A stretch of DNA of 64,000 bases from Thermoleophilia bacterium (lineage in GTDB: Bacteria; Actinomycetota; Thermoleophilia; BMS3ABIN01), in the NCBI GenBank assembly GCA_014874265.1, contig JACWAM010000109.1:4808-68807 (forward strand). The letters are read 5' to 3'. Numbering within the stretch: position 1 is the first letter of the stretch; each line of letters begins with the position of its first letter. Positions 37,485 to 48,419 of the stretch are shown piece by piece. The notes beneath the pieces are model-generated. The model had not been told where the DNA came from. It did not search any database and worked only from the letters and a program-made list of their open reading frames with translations. The translations under genes were made by a program, and so were the position numbers.

Positions 37485-38507
37485 GTGGAGGAAAAAATGA
37501 TAGACCGCAAGACCGCCTATCTTGGCATTGACGTCGGCTCCGTGAGCACGAACCTGGTCCTTCTTGATGAGCATACCGGCGTGCTGGCCGCCGTCTACCG
37601 GCGGACCCAGGGGCAGCCGATCAAGGCGGTCCAGGAAGGGCTCGTTGAGCTAACCGGAATGATCGATGTTGATGAACTGGAGATCTGCGGGGTCGGCGCC
37701 ACTGGTAGCGCCAGGCATTTGACCGGTGTCATCGTCGGCGCCGACGTGGTCAAGAACGAGATCACCGCCCACGCGGTGGCAGCATCACAAGTTATCCCTG
37801 ATGTCAACACGGTTCTGGAGATCGGCGGCCAGGATTCAAAGCTGATCGTGCTGCGCGACGGCGTCGTCACCGATTTTGCCATGAATTCGGTCTGCGCCGC
37901 CGGCACCGGCTCCTTCCTTGACCATCAGTCCGCCCGCCTGGGGATCCCCATCGAATCGTTTGGTGAATACGCGCTCCGCTCCGCGGCTCCGGCCCATATT
38001 GCCGGCCGTTGCTCCGTTTTCGCCGAATCGGATATGATCCACAAGCAGCAGGTTGGCGTCGCCGTCGATGACATAATCTACGGCCTCTGCCATGCCCTCG
38101 TTCGCAATTATCTCAACAACCTGGCCAAGGGCAAGGACCTGCTGGAGCCAATGGTATTCCAGGGCGGCGTCGCCGCGAATGCCGGCATGAAACGGGCCTT
38201 TGAGGCGGCGCTCGGCGTTGAGGTTGTGGTTCCGACATATCATCATGTAATGGGAGCAATCGGCTGCGCCATCCTGGCGATGGAGCAGGAATTGAGCCCC
38301 GGCGAAACGAACTTCAAAGGGTTCGAGGTCACCGGGCTTGTCTACGAGACTTCTACTTTCATCTGCGAGGGTTGCTCCAACACGTGTGAAGTCGTGCGCA
38401 TTAAGGTAGGAGACAAGACGCTGGCCCGCTGGGGAGGCCGCTGCGGCAAGTGGGAGATGCAGGATGGCGCCTCGGGCCGCCGGCGCCAGAAGGCGGCTGC
38501 AGGCTAG
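37485..38507 (+). CDS. BadF/BadG/BcrA/BcrD-type ATPase (HgdC-like CoA-enzyme activase).
   Basis: LGIDVGSVSTN and EIGGQDSK acetate/sugar-kinase-fold motifs. 340 aa. It is the third gene of the operon. Confidence 0.65.
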   Translation: MEEKMIDRKTAYLGIDVGSVSTNLVLLDEHTGVLAAVYRRTQGQPIKAVQEGLVELTGMIDVDELEICGVGATGSARHLTGVIVGADVVKNEITAHAVAASQVIPDVNTVLEIGGQDSKLIVLRDGVVTDFAMNSVCAAGTGSFLDHQSARLGIPIESFGEYALRSAAPAHIAGRCSVFAESDMIHKQQVGVAVDDIIYGLCHALVRNYLNNLAKGKDLLEPMVFQGGVAANAGMKRAFEAALGVEVVVPTYHHVMGAIGCAILAMEQELSPGETNFKGFEVTGLVYETSTFICEGCSNTCEVVRIKVGDKTLARWGGRCGKWEMQDGASGRRRQKAAAG

Positions 38508-38562
38508 CTCCGAAAGATTTTTGTTTAAAAAATGTCCAGTCGCGGGCGTATAGCACCAGGGG

Positions 38563-38931
38563 ATGTCATCAGCGGAAGAGGAGAAAATGGAAGGATCAGA
38601 CAATTACGATGATTTGCGGAAGGCTTTCCGATCCGATTCCGGGAAGCTCCATTTCGTGGCGACTATTTACATCAATACGCTAAAAATAGTCGGCGAGGTG
38701 GCGCTCACCATGGATACCCGCTCCACCTCCCGGCGCGCCTCGGACTTCCTGAGACACTTCCCTTCCGATTACATGACACTTTCCCACGTCAAGATCTTTG
38801 ACCGGGACTTAAACGCAGTAATTGACGAACCTGACTACATTATCGTTAACGTCAAGAAGATAGACGCAATCTACGCCCACGAGCTGGATAAGTCACAGGC
38901 TGGCGCCCCCGACGATCCATCTTTTGAATGA
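38563..38931 (+). CDS. Hypothetical acidic protein.
   Basis: 122-aa ORF with no recognised motif. Confidence 0.3.
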   Translation: MSSAEEEKMEGSDNYDDLRKAFRSDSGKLHFVATIYINTLKIVGEVALTMDTRSTSRRASDFLRHFPSDYMTLSHVKIFDRDLNAVIDEPDYIIVNVKKIDAIYAHELDKSQAGAPDDPSFE

Positions 38932-38934
38932 CCC

Positions 38935-39444
38935 TCAAGCGTTCCTTTGCCAGGCGCCGTAAGCGGCGGCCGCCATCCAAAGCAGTTTCCATACGCCCCC
39001 GAAGGCAATGACATAATTAATCGTAGGCCCTGTCATCCCGTAAGCCGAGACGCCCCACATAAAGAACGGAAAGAGGATCCCCAACGCCGCGCACCCGGCG
39101 GCCCAGGCGGCGATTTCCCGACCATGGAAACGGCCGCTGGCCCGGGAAACAGCCTCGCCCACGGCAGCGCCCAGCATAAAGGCGATGATGATGGCAAAGA
39201 AGCTGAGCGCCGAGACAAACAATCCGAACACGTACCCCCCGGCGGCGGCGGCCACCAGGCCGATGATCCCGGTAAGGGCGATCCGGTCCGGTTTTAACCT
39301 TACCAGCGCGGCCTTCGGCATCCTGGCGCACGCGGGACATTTTGCCGACACCGGCGTTTGGACCATGCAGTCGGGGCAGATGGGATTGCCGCAGGCGCTG
39401 CAGGTTACGAGGGTTTCGACAGTGGGATGGTTAACACAGTACAT
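38935..39444 (-). CDS. Membrane protein with an N-terminal 4-Cys zinc ribbon (anti-sigma-like or hypothetical).
   Basis: CVNHP..CSACGNPICPDC...CPACA, followed by 4 TM segments. 169 aa. Confidence 0.4.
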   Translation of the reverse strand: MYCVNHPTVETLVTCSACGNPICPDCMVQTPVSAKCPACARMPKAALVRLKPDRIALTGIIGLVAAAAGGYVFGLFVSALSFFAIIIAFMLGAAVGEAVSRASGRFHGREIAAWAAGCAALGILFPFFMWGVSAYGMTGPTINYVIAFGGVWKLLWMAAAAYGAWQRNA

Positions 39445-39523
39445 CTTAAGTAAAATTCTAGCAGAAACGGCCTGGGCGGGCCGAAGGCCCGCCCAATCTC
39501 CGCCCTACCTTTGAATTCTTGGA

Positions 39524-39859
39524 TTATGTCTCTTCTCCCAACTCCAGCTCTTTCAAAAGAGATTCCTTTGGCAGAGCTCCCACGACTTGCTTGACGATTT
39601 CGCCGTTCTTAAACAGGATCACTGTGGGAATGCTCATAATGTCATACTTGGAAGACGTTTCCCGATTGGCGTCAACGTTAAGCTTGGCAACTTTCAGCTT
39701 GCCGGCGAACTCCGCCGCCAGTTCTTCCAGCACCGGGGCCACCATCCGGCAGGGTGCGCACCACTCTGCCCAGAAATCAACCAGGACCGGTATCTCCGAA
39801 CTAAGCACTTCCGCTTCGAAATTCGAGTCATCAACCTCTATCGGATCCTTTTCCGCCAT
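39524..39859 (-). CDS. trxA: Thioredoxin.
   Basis: WAEWCAPCRM (WCGPC-type) active site. 111 aa. Confidence 0.85.
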   Translation of the reverse strand: MAEKDPIEVDDSNFEAEVLSSEIPVLVDFWAEWCAPCRMVAPVLEELAAEFAGKLKVAKLNVDANRETSSKYDIMSIPTVILFKNGEIVKQVVGALPKESLLKELELGEET

Positions 39860-40030
39860 GCAACACCTCCTTTCATTCCAGCTTCAACCCCGGTAAAAGC
39901 CGGGAAGCGCGCACTACGGACTGAGGGAAAGGAGTGCCTGGGCCGCACCGCGGCCCGCGGGAACCAACAACCTCAGCCTCCAGATCCTCGGAGCTCCCGC
40001 GCGCCGGAAATAAATCACGCAGCGGGCTGG

Positions 40031-41332
<1,302 letters not shown>

Positions 41333-41353
41333 TTAACATTTAACGTTAAACGT

Positions 41354-42187
41354 TTAACGTTTTGCATGCTGATAATATTCCTCCTGGCGCTCAAGCGGCA
41401 AGCTGGCGAAGTCATCCCCGTTTTCCCGGGCCAGCACCTCGGCCCGCTCCACCCGTCGTCGGAAGCGGTCCGCCGCGCTCCGGAGCGCCAGCTCCGGATC
41501 AACCTGCAGCTTCCGGGCCAGGTTGACCACGGCAAAGAGGACGTCTCCCAGCTCGTGGTAAGCCTCCGTGCCAGGTCCGCGACCGCCGACCGCCGCTTCC
41601 GGCGCCGCCTCGGCCGCGAGCGCCGCGCTCAACTCGGCGATCTCTTCCTCGATCTTGGTAAAGACGGGCTCGGGCCGGTCCCAGTCAAATCCGACGGCTG
41701 CGGCGCGTGATTGCATCCGCCTGGCAAACAGCGCCGCCGGCAACGATCCCGGCGTATCATGGAAGATGCCTTCCCTGCCCTCGCGCTCGCGCTTGATCTG
41801 CTCCCACCGCTCTACCACCTCGGCGGCGGTGCTTGCCTCTGCCTGGCCAAAGACGTGCGGATGGCGCCGCACCAGTTTCTCCGTCACCTCCGCAGCCACG
41901 CGGCTCAGATCGCCCCAGCCACGCTCTTCGGCAATCAGGGAGAGAAAGAAGATGTGAAAGAGGAGATCCCCCAGCTCGCCGGTGACCCCGGCGCCGCTGC
42001 CCGCATGAACTGCGTCGATCAGCTCGTAGGTTTCCTCAAGGGTATGGCTGACGATATCGCCAGCGTCCTGTTCGCGGTCCCAGGGACATTCACGCCGGAG
42101 GCGGCGGACGACCGCGTCCAGTGAAAGCAATGCTTCCGCCAGGCGCGCCTGATCAGAGTCGGGTAGGCTGCCGCCGGCCAATCTCAT
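41354..42187 (-). CDS. mazG: Nucleoside triphosphate pyrophosphohydrolase MazG.
   Basis: ECPWDREQ motif and tandem EExxE MazG repeats. Confidence 0.8.
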   Translation of the reverse strand: MRLAGGSLPDSDQARLAEALLSLDAVVRRLRRECPWDREQDAGDIVSHTLEETYELIDAVHAGSGAGVTGELGDLLFHIFFLSLIAEERGWGDLSRVAAEVTEKLVRRHPHVFGQAEASTAAEVVERWEQIKREREGREGIFHDTPGSLPAALFARRMQSRAAAVGFDWDRPEPVFTKIEEEIAELSAALAAEAAPEAAVGGRGPGTEAYHELGDVLFAVVNLARKLQVDPELALRSAADRFRRRVERAEVLARENGDDFASLPLERQEEYYQHAKR

Positions 42188-42202
42188 AACCCCGGCACGC
42201 GC

Positions 42203-43225
42203 TTACGATCCGGACGATGTTGTCTGCCCGTTGGATGGTTCAGTGGTTGCCGGCGCCCATCCGGGCGAGTAAGTGATGCTGTAGCGCTTGCGCGCGTCGC
42301 TTATCCAAGTGTTGAAGGTTTGCTGTTCCCTCTCCATGGCCAGGCCCTGCTTCAGGTTATCCTTGACCTGATCGAAGCTCTCAAGGCCGGCGGGCTTGAT
42401 CGACTCAACCTGGATAATATGCCAGCCAAACTGCGTCTTGACCGGATCGGAGGTCTGGCCGGCGCTTAACTTGTCCATGGCCTGCTCGAACGCGGGCACG
42501 AAGCCGCTGTTTTGGCTGGGAATGTCCGGGCTGCCGTCGGACGTGGTCAGCTCGCCGCCCTTGTCCTTGCTGCCGGGGTCGATCGAATACTGCTTGGCCA
42601 GCGTCGCGAAATCGGCGCCCGCGTCCAGCTGCGCCTTAATCTTCTGGGCCGTCGCCAGGTCGGACACGAGGATATGACGCACCCGCCGCGTCTCCGGCGC
42701 CTGGAAGGTCTGGTCATTTTTATGCTGGTTGTAATAATCCTGGGCTTCGGCGTCGGTCACCGGCGGGTCATTTTTTGTCACTTCGGCGATCAGTTTCCGG
42801 AAATAAAGGTCGTCCTTCATCATGTTCCGGAGCTGATCGCCGCTCACCCCGGCGCAGCTCTCCTGCTGCTTCAGCTTGGCCGAGCCGCCCAGAGCGTTCT
42901 GCTCCTCAGTGATGGCCTGGCTGATCTCACTGTCGCTAACGGTGATCCCTTTTTTGGCGGCCTCGGAGTTGATGATCCGCTGGCTGACCAGAACGTCAAC
43001 CATCTGGGTTTCGTAGGATTTAAACTGAGCGGTACCTGGTTTTCCGGCGGCATCGCAACCGTCCCTGAACTTCACTTCGCGGTCAACTTCCGCTTTAGTG
43101 ATGTCCTGACCGTTCACCTTGGCGAGGCTCACGGAGCTACTGCCGCAGCCAGCCAGCACAAGCAGGACGACAAGCACAGCCATGGCGGCAACTGCATATG
43201 TTACCCTTCTGGCCCTTTTTTTCAC
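42203..43225 (-). CDS. prsA: Peptidyl-prolyl cis-trans isomerase lipoprotein (PrsA/parvulin-type), copy 1.
   Basis: LAGC lipobox and a PpiC domain (FGWHIIQVE). 340 aa. Confidence 0.75.
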   Translation of the reverse strand: MKKRARRVTYAVAAMAVLVVLLVLAGCGSSSVSLAKVNGQDITKAEVDREVKFRDGCDAAGKPGTAQFKSYETQMVDVLVSQRIINSEAAKKGITVSDSEISQAITEEQNALGGSAKLKQQESCAGVSGDQLRNMMKDDLYFRKLIAEVTKNDPPVTDAEAQDYYNQHKNDQTFQAPETRRVRHILVSDLATAQKIKAQLDAGADFATLAKQYSIDPGSKDKGGELTTSDGSPDIPSQNSGFVPAFEQAMDKLSAGQTSDPVKTQFGWHIIQVESIKPAGLESFDQVKDNLKQGLAMEREQQTFNTWISDARKRYSITYSPGWAPATTEPSNGQTTSSGS

Positions 43226-43297
43226 TACGGCTCCGTCTGTCTGTCCAGCGGTTGCATTATGATGCCGGCGGTTTTGATCAGTTGCTGCCGGCCTGGA

Positions 43298-44320
43298 TCA
43301 ATGCCCCGTGGCCGGCGCCGTGGAAGCCGGTTTGCTGCTGCCTGTCGCCGGCGCGGTCTTGTAAGGATTGAACTCATCGGAGTATTTGATGTCGTAGTTT
43401 TTCTTGGTCTTGTCAAGCCATGTCATGAAAGCCTGCTGCTGGTTGTTCTGCGCCAGCTGGCTTTTGATCTCGGACTCGACCTGGCTGAAAGGCGCTACTC
43501 CAGGGGGAATGATCTGGTCGACCCGGATAATGTGATATCCATCCGTTGACTTGACCGGGTCCGATGTCTGACCGGCGCTTAGCTTGTCCATCGCCTGTTC
43601 GACTTCGGTTGGCAGGCCGCTTTGCTGGCTGGGAATCTCGCCCAGGTCACCGCCATTATTCTTGGTGCTGGTGTCGGTCGAATACTGCTTGGCCAGCGTC
43701 GCGAAATCGGCGCCGGCGTCCAGCTGGGACTTGACCTTCTGGGCCGTGGCCTGGTCCGCCACCACAATCTCGTGCACCTTCCGGGTTTCCGGCTTCTGGA
43801 AAGTCTGATCGGTTTTATGCTGGTTATAATAATTCTGGGCCTGCGCGTCGCTCACCGCCGGCTGATTCTTGGTCACCGCCGCCAGCAGCTTCTGGTAAAG
43901 CAGTCCCTTGCGGATATTATCCTTGAGGTGATCGAGTGTCATGTTTTGCTGGTTGAGCGCGTTCTGAAACTGCTGCTCACCGCCGGCCGACTGCTTGATC
44001 TGGTCAACTTCCTTGTTAATGTCGGCATCGCTGACATCAAGACCGCGCTTGTCCGCCTCAAACCACATTACTTCTTCATTGACAAGCTCTTCCGTCACCT
44101 GTTTCTCAAAATCAGTGTATTCCGGCGTGCCCTGCTGGGGAATGCCGGCTTGATTTCCGTACTGCGCCTTGATATCGGCGATCTTGCTGTCCAGATCTTC
44201 CTGGGTAATGACCTTGCCGTTCACCTCGGCTACGGCGCTCTTCGGCAAGCTGCCGCAGCCGATCGCCACGAGCGGAATAATTGCCACGACCGCAAGCGCC
44301 AGAATCAGTTTTTTTATCAT
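43298..44320 (-). CDS. prsA: Peptidyl-prolyl cis-trans isomerase lipoprotein (PrsA/parvulin-type), copy 2.
   Basis: IGC lipobox and a PpiC domain (DGYHIIRVD). About 55% identical to copy 1, including an identical nucleotide block. Confidence 0.75.
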   Translation of the reverse strand: MIKKLILALAVVAIIPLVAIGCGSLPKSAVAEVNGKVITQEDLDSKIADIKAQYGNQAGIPQQGTPEYTDFEKQVTEELVNEEVMWFEADKRGLDVSDADINKEVDQIKQSAGGEQQFQNALNQQNMTLDHLKDNIRKGLLYQKLLAAVTKNQPAVSDAQAQNYYNQHKTDQTFQKPETRKVHEIVVADQATAQKVKSQLDAGADFATLAKQYSTDTSTKNNGGDLGEIPSQQSGLPTEVEQAMDKLSAGQTSDPVKSTDGYHIIRVDQIIPPGVAPFSQVESEIKSQLAQNNQQQAFMTWLDKTKKNYDIKYSDEFNPYKTAPATGSSKPASTAPATGH

Positions 44321-44338
44321 TGTTAATCTCCCATCAGG

Positions 44339-47300
44339 CTAGAGGCTCGCCGTTGGCGTCAAAAGACGATCAATTATAACATCAAGTGTTCGTTTAACAA
44401 CAGAAAGCAATTCTCGCTGATCAGCATCGCCCGTCTGGGGCCAGAGCACCAGGATCTTCCGGAGCGGATGATAGGCAAACTTGAGGTCTGCTTCCTCGAG
44501 GGCCCGGCGGCCGGCGGCGCCGATCCTTATATCTGACAGCTCCAGGCGTCCTTCCCGGTAACTTACCGAAGCGGCCCCCACGACCGCCGCCCTGAGCCGA
44601 ATTTCCTGCATATTGAGGAGATTATACACCACTTCAGGCGGAGACCCGAAACGGTCTTCCAGCTCGGTGACGATATCTGCCAGCTCCTGCTCGTTCCGGG
44701 CTGCGGCGATGCGGTGGTGCACGTCTATCCGCGCCGCCTCAAAGCCGATGTAATCAGCGGGAATGTAGGCGTCGGCGTCGATTTCTACTCTTGCCATCGC
44801 CAGGTCTTCCAGCGGCTTGCCTTTTAGATCGGCCACGGCACGCCTGATCAGGTCGCAATACATGTCAAAACCGACGGCGGCAACATGCCCCGACTGCTCG
44901 TCTCCCAGGAGGTTGCCGGCGCCGCGAATCTCCAGGTCTCGCATCGCGATCTTGAAGCCGGAACCGAGCTCGGTATAGTCGCTTAAGGTTGACAGCCTGG
45001 CCATTGCCTCCGGAGTCAGCGATGCCGCCGGCGGATAAAACAGGTAAGCATGCGCCGTCAAGCTGGAGCGGCCGATGCGCCCGCGGATCTGGTAAAGCTG
45101 GGCCAGGCCAAGCAGCTGGGCGTGATCGACGATGAGGGTGTTCGCGGTGGGAATATCCAGACCGCTTTCGATAATCGAGGTACAAACAAGTACATCGACT
45201 TCCCGGCTTAGAAAAGCCATCATCACTGATTCAAGCTGAGTTTCCGGCATCCGGCCGTGCGCAACCAGAAAGCGCACATCCGGAAAGCGGCCCTGAAGCT
45301 CCGCCGCCCTAGCCTCGATTGTCTCGACCCGGTTATGCAGAAAAAAAACCTGGCCCCCGCGCGCCATCTCCCGCTTAATTGCCTCGCCAACCATCTCCTC
45401 GTTGTATTCGCCGACATAAGTGCGGATGGGATTGCGCCCCGGCGGGGGCGTCTCCATAACACTGATGTCGCGGATGCCCGCCAGCGACATCTGCAAGGTT
45501 CGCGGGATCGGCGTCGCCGACAGGCTGAGCACGTCCACCTTCAGTCGCATCTGGCGAAGCGCTTCTTTCTGAGATACCCCAAATCTCTGCTCCTCATCAA
45601 CGATCACCAGACCCAGGTCATGCGGAGCGACATCGGACGACAGCAGCCGGTGCGTGCCGATGAGAATGTCAATCTTTCCTTCCCGGAAGCCCGCCGCGAT
45701 GCGCCGGCTCTGGGCCTGGGAACGAAACCGGGAGATCATCTCCACGTTGACGGGATAATCGCGGAAACGCTCGCTGAAGGTGTTGTAATGCTGCAGGGCC
45801 AGAATCGTTGTCGGCACCAGCATCAGCACCTGCCGCCCCTGGGAAGCGGCCTTGAACGCAGCCCGCAGAGCTACCTCTGTCTTTCCATAACCGACGTCGC
45901 CGCAGATGAGCCGGTCCATTGGATGGGGCGACTCCATGTCCTCCTTGACGTCCTCGATGGCGGCTGCCTGGTCCTGCGTCTCGGCAAAAGGAAAGGATGT
46001 TTCCATCTCAATCTGCCACCGGTTGTCCGGATCGAATTCGTGCCCCGGCAGGCTTTGCCGCACCGCGTACAGCGTCATCAACTCGCCCGCCATCTCGCGG
46101 GCGGCGCTGCGGGCGCGGGCTCGGGCCAGCGTCCAGGCCCGGCCGCCAAGTTTATTTAGCGGCGGCGACCCGGCACCGGCGCCGATGTAGCGGGAAACCC
46201 TGGCAATCTGATCCTGGGGAACAAACAATCTGTCGTCGCCCTTGAAGCGCAGCAGCAGATAGTCGCGGGTGACACCGGCGACCGTACGCGTCTGGATCGA
46301 ATCAAAGATGCCAATGCCGTGATCCTCGTGGACGACGAAATCTTCCGGGCTAAGATCGCGGAAGCTCAGCACCGTCCGGCCGCCTAAAGCCAGCTGCTGG
46401 CTCCTTGAGGATCGGCTGGGCTTGAGCAGCGACCGCTCGCCAAGCACGGCGAGCTTCAGCTCCCTGTTTAAGAAACCAGCGGGTGCGGGAGAGGCGACGA
46501 GCCAGGCGCTGGCGCCTGCAGGCGGCTGTGAGCCATCCGGCAGCACCGAGGCCGCCCCCGCCAGGCCATGTTCAGCCCGCAAGGCCGCCCCGGGGGAAGC
46601 AAAACAGACAAAAACGCGGTAGCCGTCCTTTACCAGCCGGTTAAGCTGAGCCGAGGCGTCACTTACCTTGCGCGAGCCGAAGTCGATCCCAGAAACGGGA
46701 AAACGGTGGGGCTGGTTCAGAGGCAGGCTCTCCAAGGTGACGGCGGAAAAATCATCCAGCCTGTCCTCAAGCTCGCCGGGGCTAAAATAATGGCCGGCGG
46801 CCTCAGCCTCCGGCAGTTGCCCGCTAATGTCTTCCCAAAAAGAACCTGCCGATTCTGACGCTGCGGCCGGGTCGACGCGAGCCATGACGGCTTCGCTCTT
46901 TTCCAGCAGTCCCGCACCATCCAGCCCTTTTGCTTCCGGTTCGGCCGCGGCATAAACCGCGACGCTCTCGATGTCGCCCAGTGACCGCTGCGTAAACGGC
47001 GAGAAAGACCGGAGCGATTCCAACTCGTCTCCCCAGAACTCCAGCCTCGCTGGCGCCACCCAGCCGGCAGGGAACAGATCGATAATGCTGCCGCGTACTG
47101 AAAACTGGCCTGGGTCCTCAACCTGGGCCAGGCGCTCATAGCCGAGTCCGGCCAGACGGCCAACAATTTCATCGAAGCCGGCGCCGCCTTTTTTTACCAC
47201 TAACGGCTCCGGCCAGGCGCCCGGGGATAATTCCTTTTCCATCAGCGCCACGATGTCCGCAACCACGATGCAGGGCTTGCCTCCGGCCAGGCAGTCCAGA

Positions 47301-47608
47301 GCGGCGTGTCGAAGACCGGTGGACTGGCGGGAGGGCTTCAGGCCGCTTCCCCAGGGAGCGCCCCGCGCCGGCAGCTGCAGGGCGGGCACGCCGGCAAAGG
47401 TTTTCAGCTCACTGGCAAGACGGGCGGCAGCCGCCGCATCAGGCGCGGCTACCAGCAGCGTCCGCCCCGGCCAGGCTTCCGCCTGGAGAGCTGCCAGCAG
47501 GTAACCCTGAAAAGAGGCGCCCGCATAAACGCGAGGCTTGCCCGAAGAAAGCTCGCTGACAAGCTTCTGAAATTGTTGATTGTCTTTAATATATGTGATG
47601 AAATCCAT
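44339..47608 (-). CDS. mfd: Transcription-repair coupling factor.
   Basis: 1089 aa. RecG-like helicase core (GDVGYGKTEVA, DEEQRFG) and UvrB-homology plus TRG motifs. Confidence 0.9.
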   Translation of the reverse strand: MDFITYIKDNQQFQKLVSELSSGKPRVYAGASFQGYLLAALQAEAWPGRTLLVAAPDAAAAARLASELKTFAGVPALQLPARGAPWGSGLKPSRQSTGLRHAALDCLAGGKPCIVVADIVALMEKELSPGAWPEPLVVKKGGAGFDEIVGRLAGLGYERLAQVEDPGQFSVRGSIIDLFPAGWVAPARLEFWGDELESLRSFSPFTQRSLGDIESVAVYAAAEPEAKGLDGAGLLEKSEAVMARVDPAAASESAGSFWEDISGQLPEAEAAGHYFSPGELEDRLDDFSAVTLESLPLNQPHRFPVSGIDFGSRKVSDASAQLNRLVKDGYRVFVCFASPGAALRAEHGLAGAASVLPDGSQPPAGASAWLVASPAPAGFLNRELKLAVLGERSLLKPSRSSRSQQLALGGRTVLSFRDLSPEDFVVHEDHGIGIFDSIQTRTVAGVTRDYLLLRFKGDDRLFVPQDQIARVSRYIGAGAGSPPLNKLGGRAWTLARARARSAAREMAGELMTLYAVRQSLPGHEFDPDNRWQIEMETSFPFAETQDQAAAIEDVKEDMESPHPMDRLICGDVGYGKTEVALRAAFKAASQGRQVLMLVPTTILALQHYNTFSERFRDYPVNVEMISRFRSQAQSRRIAAGFREGKIDILIGTHRLLSSDVAPHDLGLVIVDEEQRFGVSQKEALRQMRLKVDVLSLSATPIPRTLQMSLAGIRDISVMETPPPGRNPIRTYVGEYNEEMVGEAIKREMARGGQVFFLHNRVETIEARAAELQGRFPDVRFLVAHGRMPETQLESVMMAFLSREVDVLVCTSIIESGLDIPTANTLIVDHAQLLGLAQLYQIRGRIGRSSLTAHAYLFYPPAASLTPEAMARLSTLSDYTELGSGFKIAMRDLEIRGAGNLLGDEQSGHVAAVGFDMYCDLIRRAVADLKGKPLEDLAMARVEIDADAYIPADYIGFEAARIDVHHRIAAARNEQELADIVTELEDRFGSPPEVVYNLLNMQEIRLRAAVVGAASVSYREGRLELSDIRIGAAGRRALEEADLKFAYHPLRKILVLWPQTGDADQRELLSVVKRTLDVIIDRLLTPTASL

Positions 47609-47632
47609 GGGGAAGAGGCTGTCTGGCGGCTT

Positions 47633-47727
47633 TGGATTCTGGATCCTGGACTCTGGATATAACTTTCAATTTGACAAGGCTAGATTTTTCAGTTTTATCC
47701 AGAATCCAGCATCTGGAATCCAGGATC
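47633..47727. repeat. Inverted repeat of CTGGAT pentamer-type units, flanking a 37-nt spacer between the pth 3' end and the mfd start.
   Basis: ggattctggatcctggactctggata ... tatccagaatccagcatctggaatccaggatc. Confidence 0.6.
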
Positions 47728-48336
47728 AATTTTATTACATTTTGTCATCGCCGCTTCGATTCCACCCGTCAGGATCTCTTCAACGCAATTTGCAGCTGCA
47801 TCAATAACTCTTTCAAGCTCGGTTTCGGAGGCCTTAAACCGGGACAGCACGTAATCGCTGATATCAAACCGGGGGTCATCGGGCCGGCCGATGCCAACCC
47901 GGACGCGGGAGAAATCCGGCGCTCCCAGACGGTGGGCGATACTCTTCAGGCCATTGTGCCCCCCGCTGCCGCCGCCGCGCCTGACGCGGACAGTTCCAAA
48001 GGGAAAGTCAAGGTCGTCGTGGACAACGATGATATTTTTTAGCGGTATCTTTCGGGACGTTACGGCCTGGACCACCGCATCCCCGGAAGCGTTCATGAAA
48101 GTCATCGGCAGCAGAACGGCAGCCCGCCGGCCGGCGGCGCTGCCTTCGGAGTAGCGGCCCGCATAGCGGCTCCGAGGACGCGGCAGCGCGTGCCGGGTCC
48201 GAAACCGCTCGGCCACCATGAAACCGGCGTTGTGCCGCGTGCGGGCGTATCGCTCACCCGGGTTACCGAGGCCAACCACGAGAAACAGCTCCCTGCCATG
48301 CGGCTCGTTCTTTAGGCTGTGTCGGAAAAACCGCAT
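47695..48336 (-). CDS. pth: Peptidyl-tRNA hydrolase.
   Basis: LVVGLGNPGERYARTRHNAGF N-terminus. Confidence 0.9.
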   Translation of the reverse strand: MRFFRHSLKNEPHGRELFLVVGLGNPGERYARTRHNAGFMVAERFRTRHALPRPRSRYAGRYSEGSAAGRRAAVLLPMTFMNASGDAVVQAVTSRKIPLKNIIVVHDDLDFPFGTVRVRRGGGSGGHNGLKSIAHRLGAPDFSRVRVGIGRPDDPRFDISDYVLSRFKASETELERVIDAAANCVEEILTGGIEAAMTKCNKIDPGFQMLDSG

Positions 48337-48419
48337 AGAGAGAAGGAGAAATAATCTAAGATGTCAATGGTGGAGGGTGCACCATCCTGATTAACCCGGC
48401 AGACGGCTCATAAAATTTT

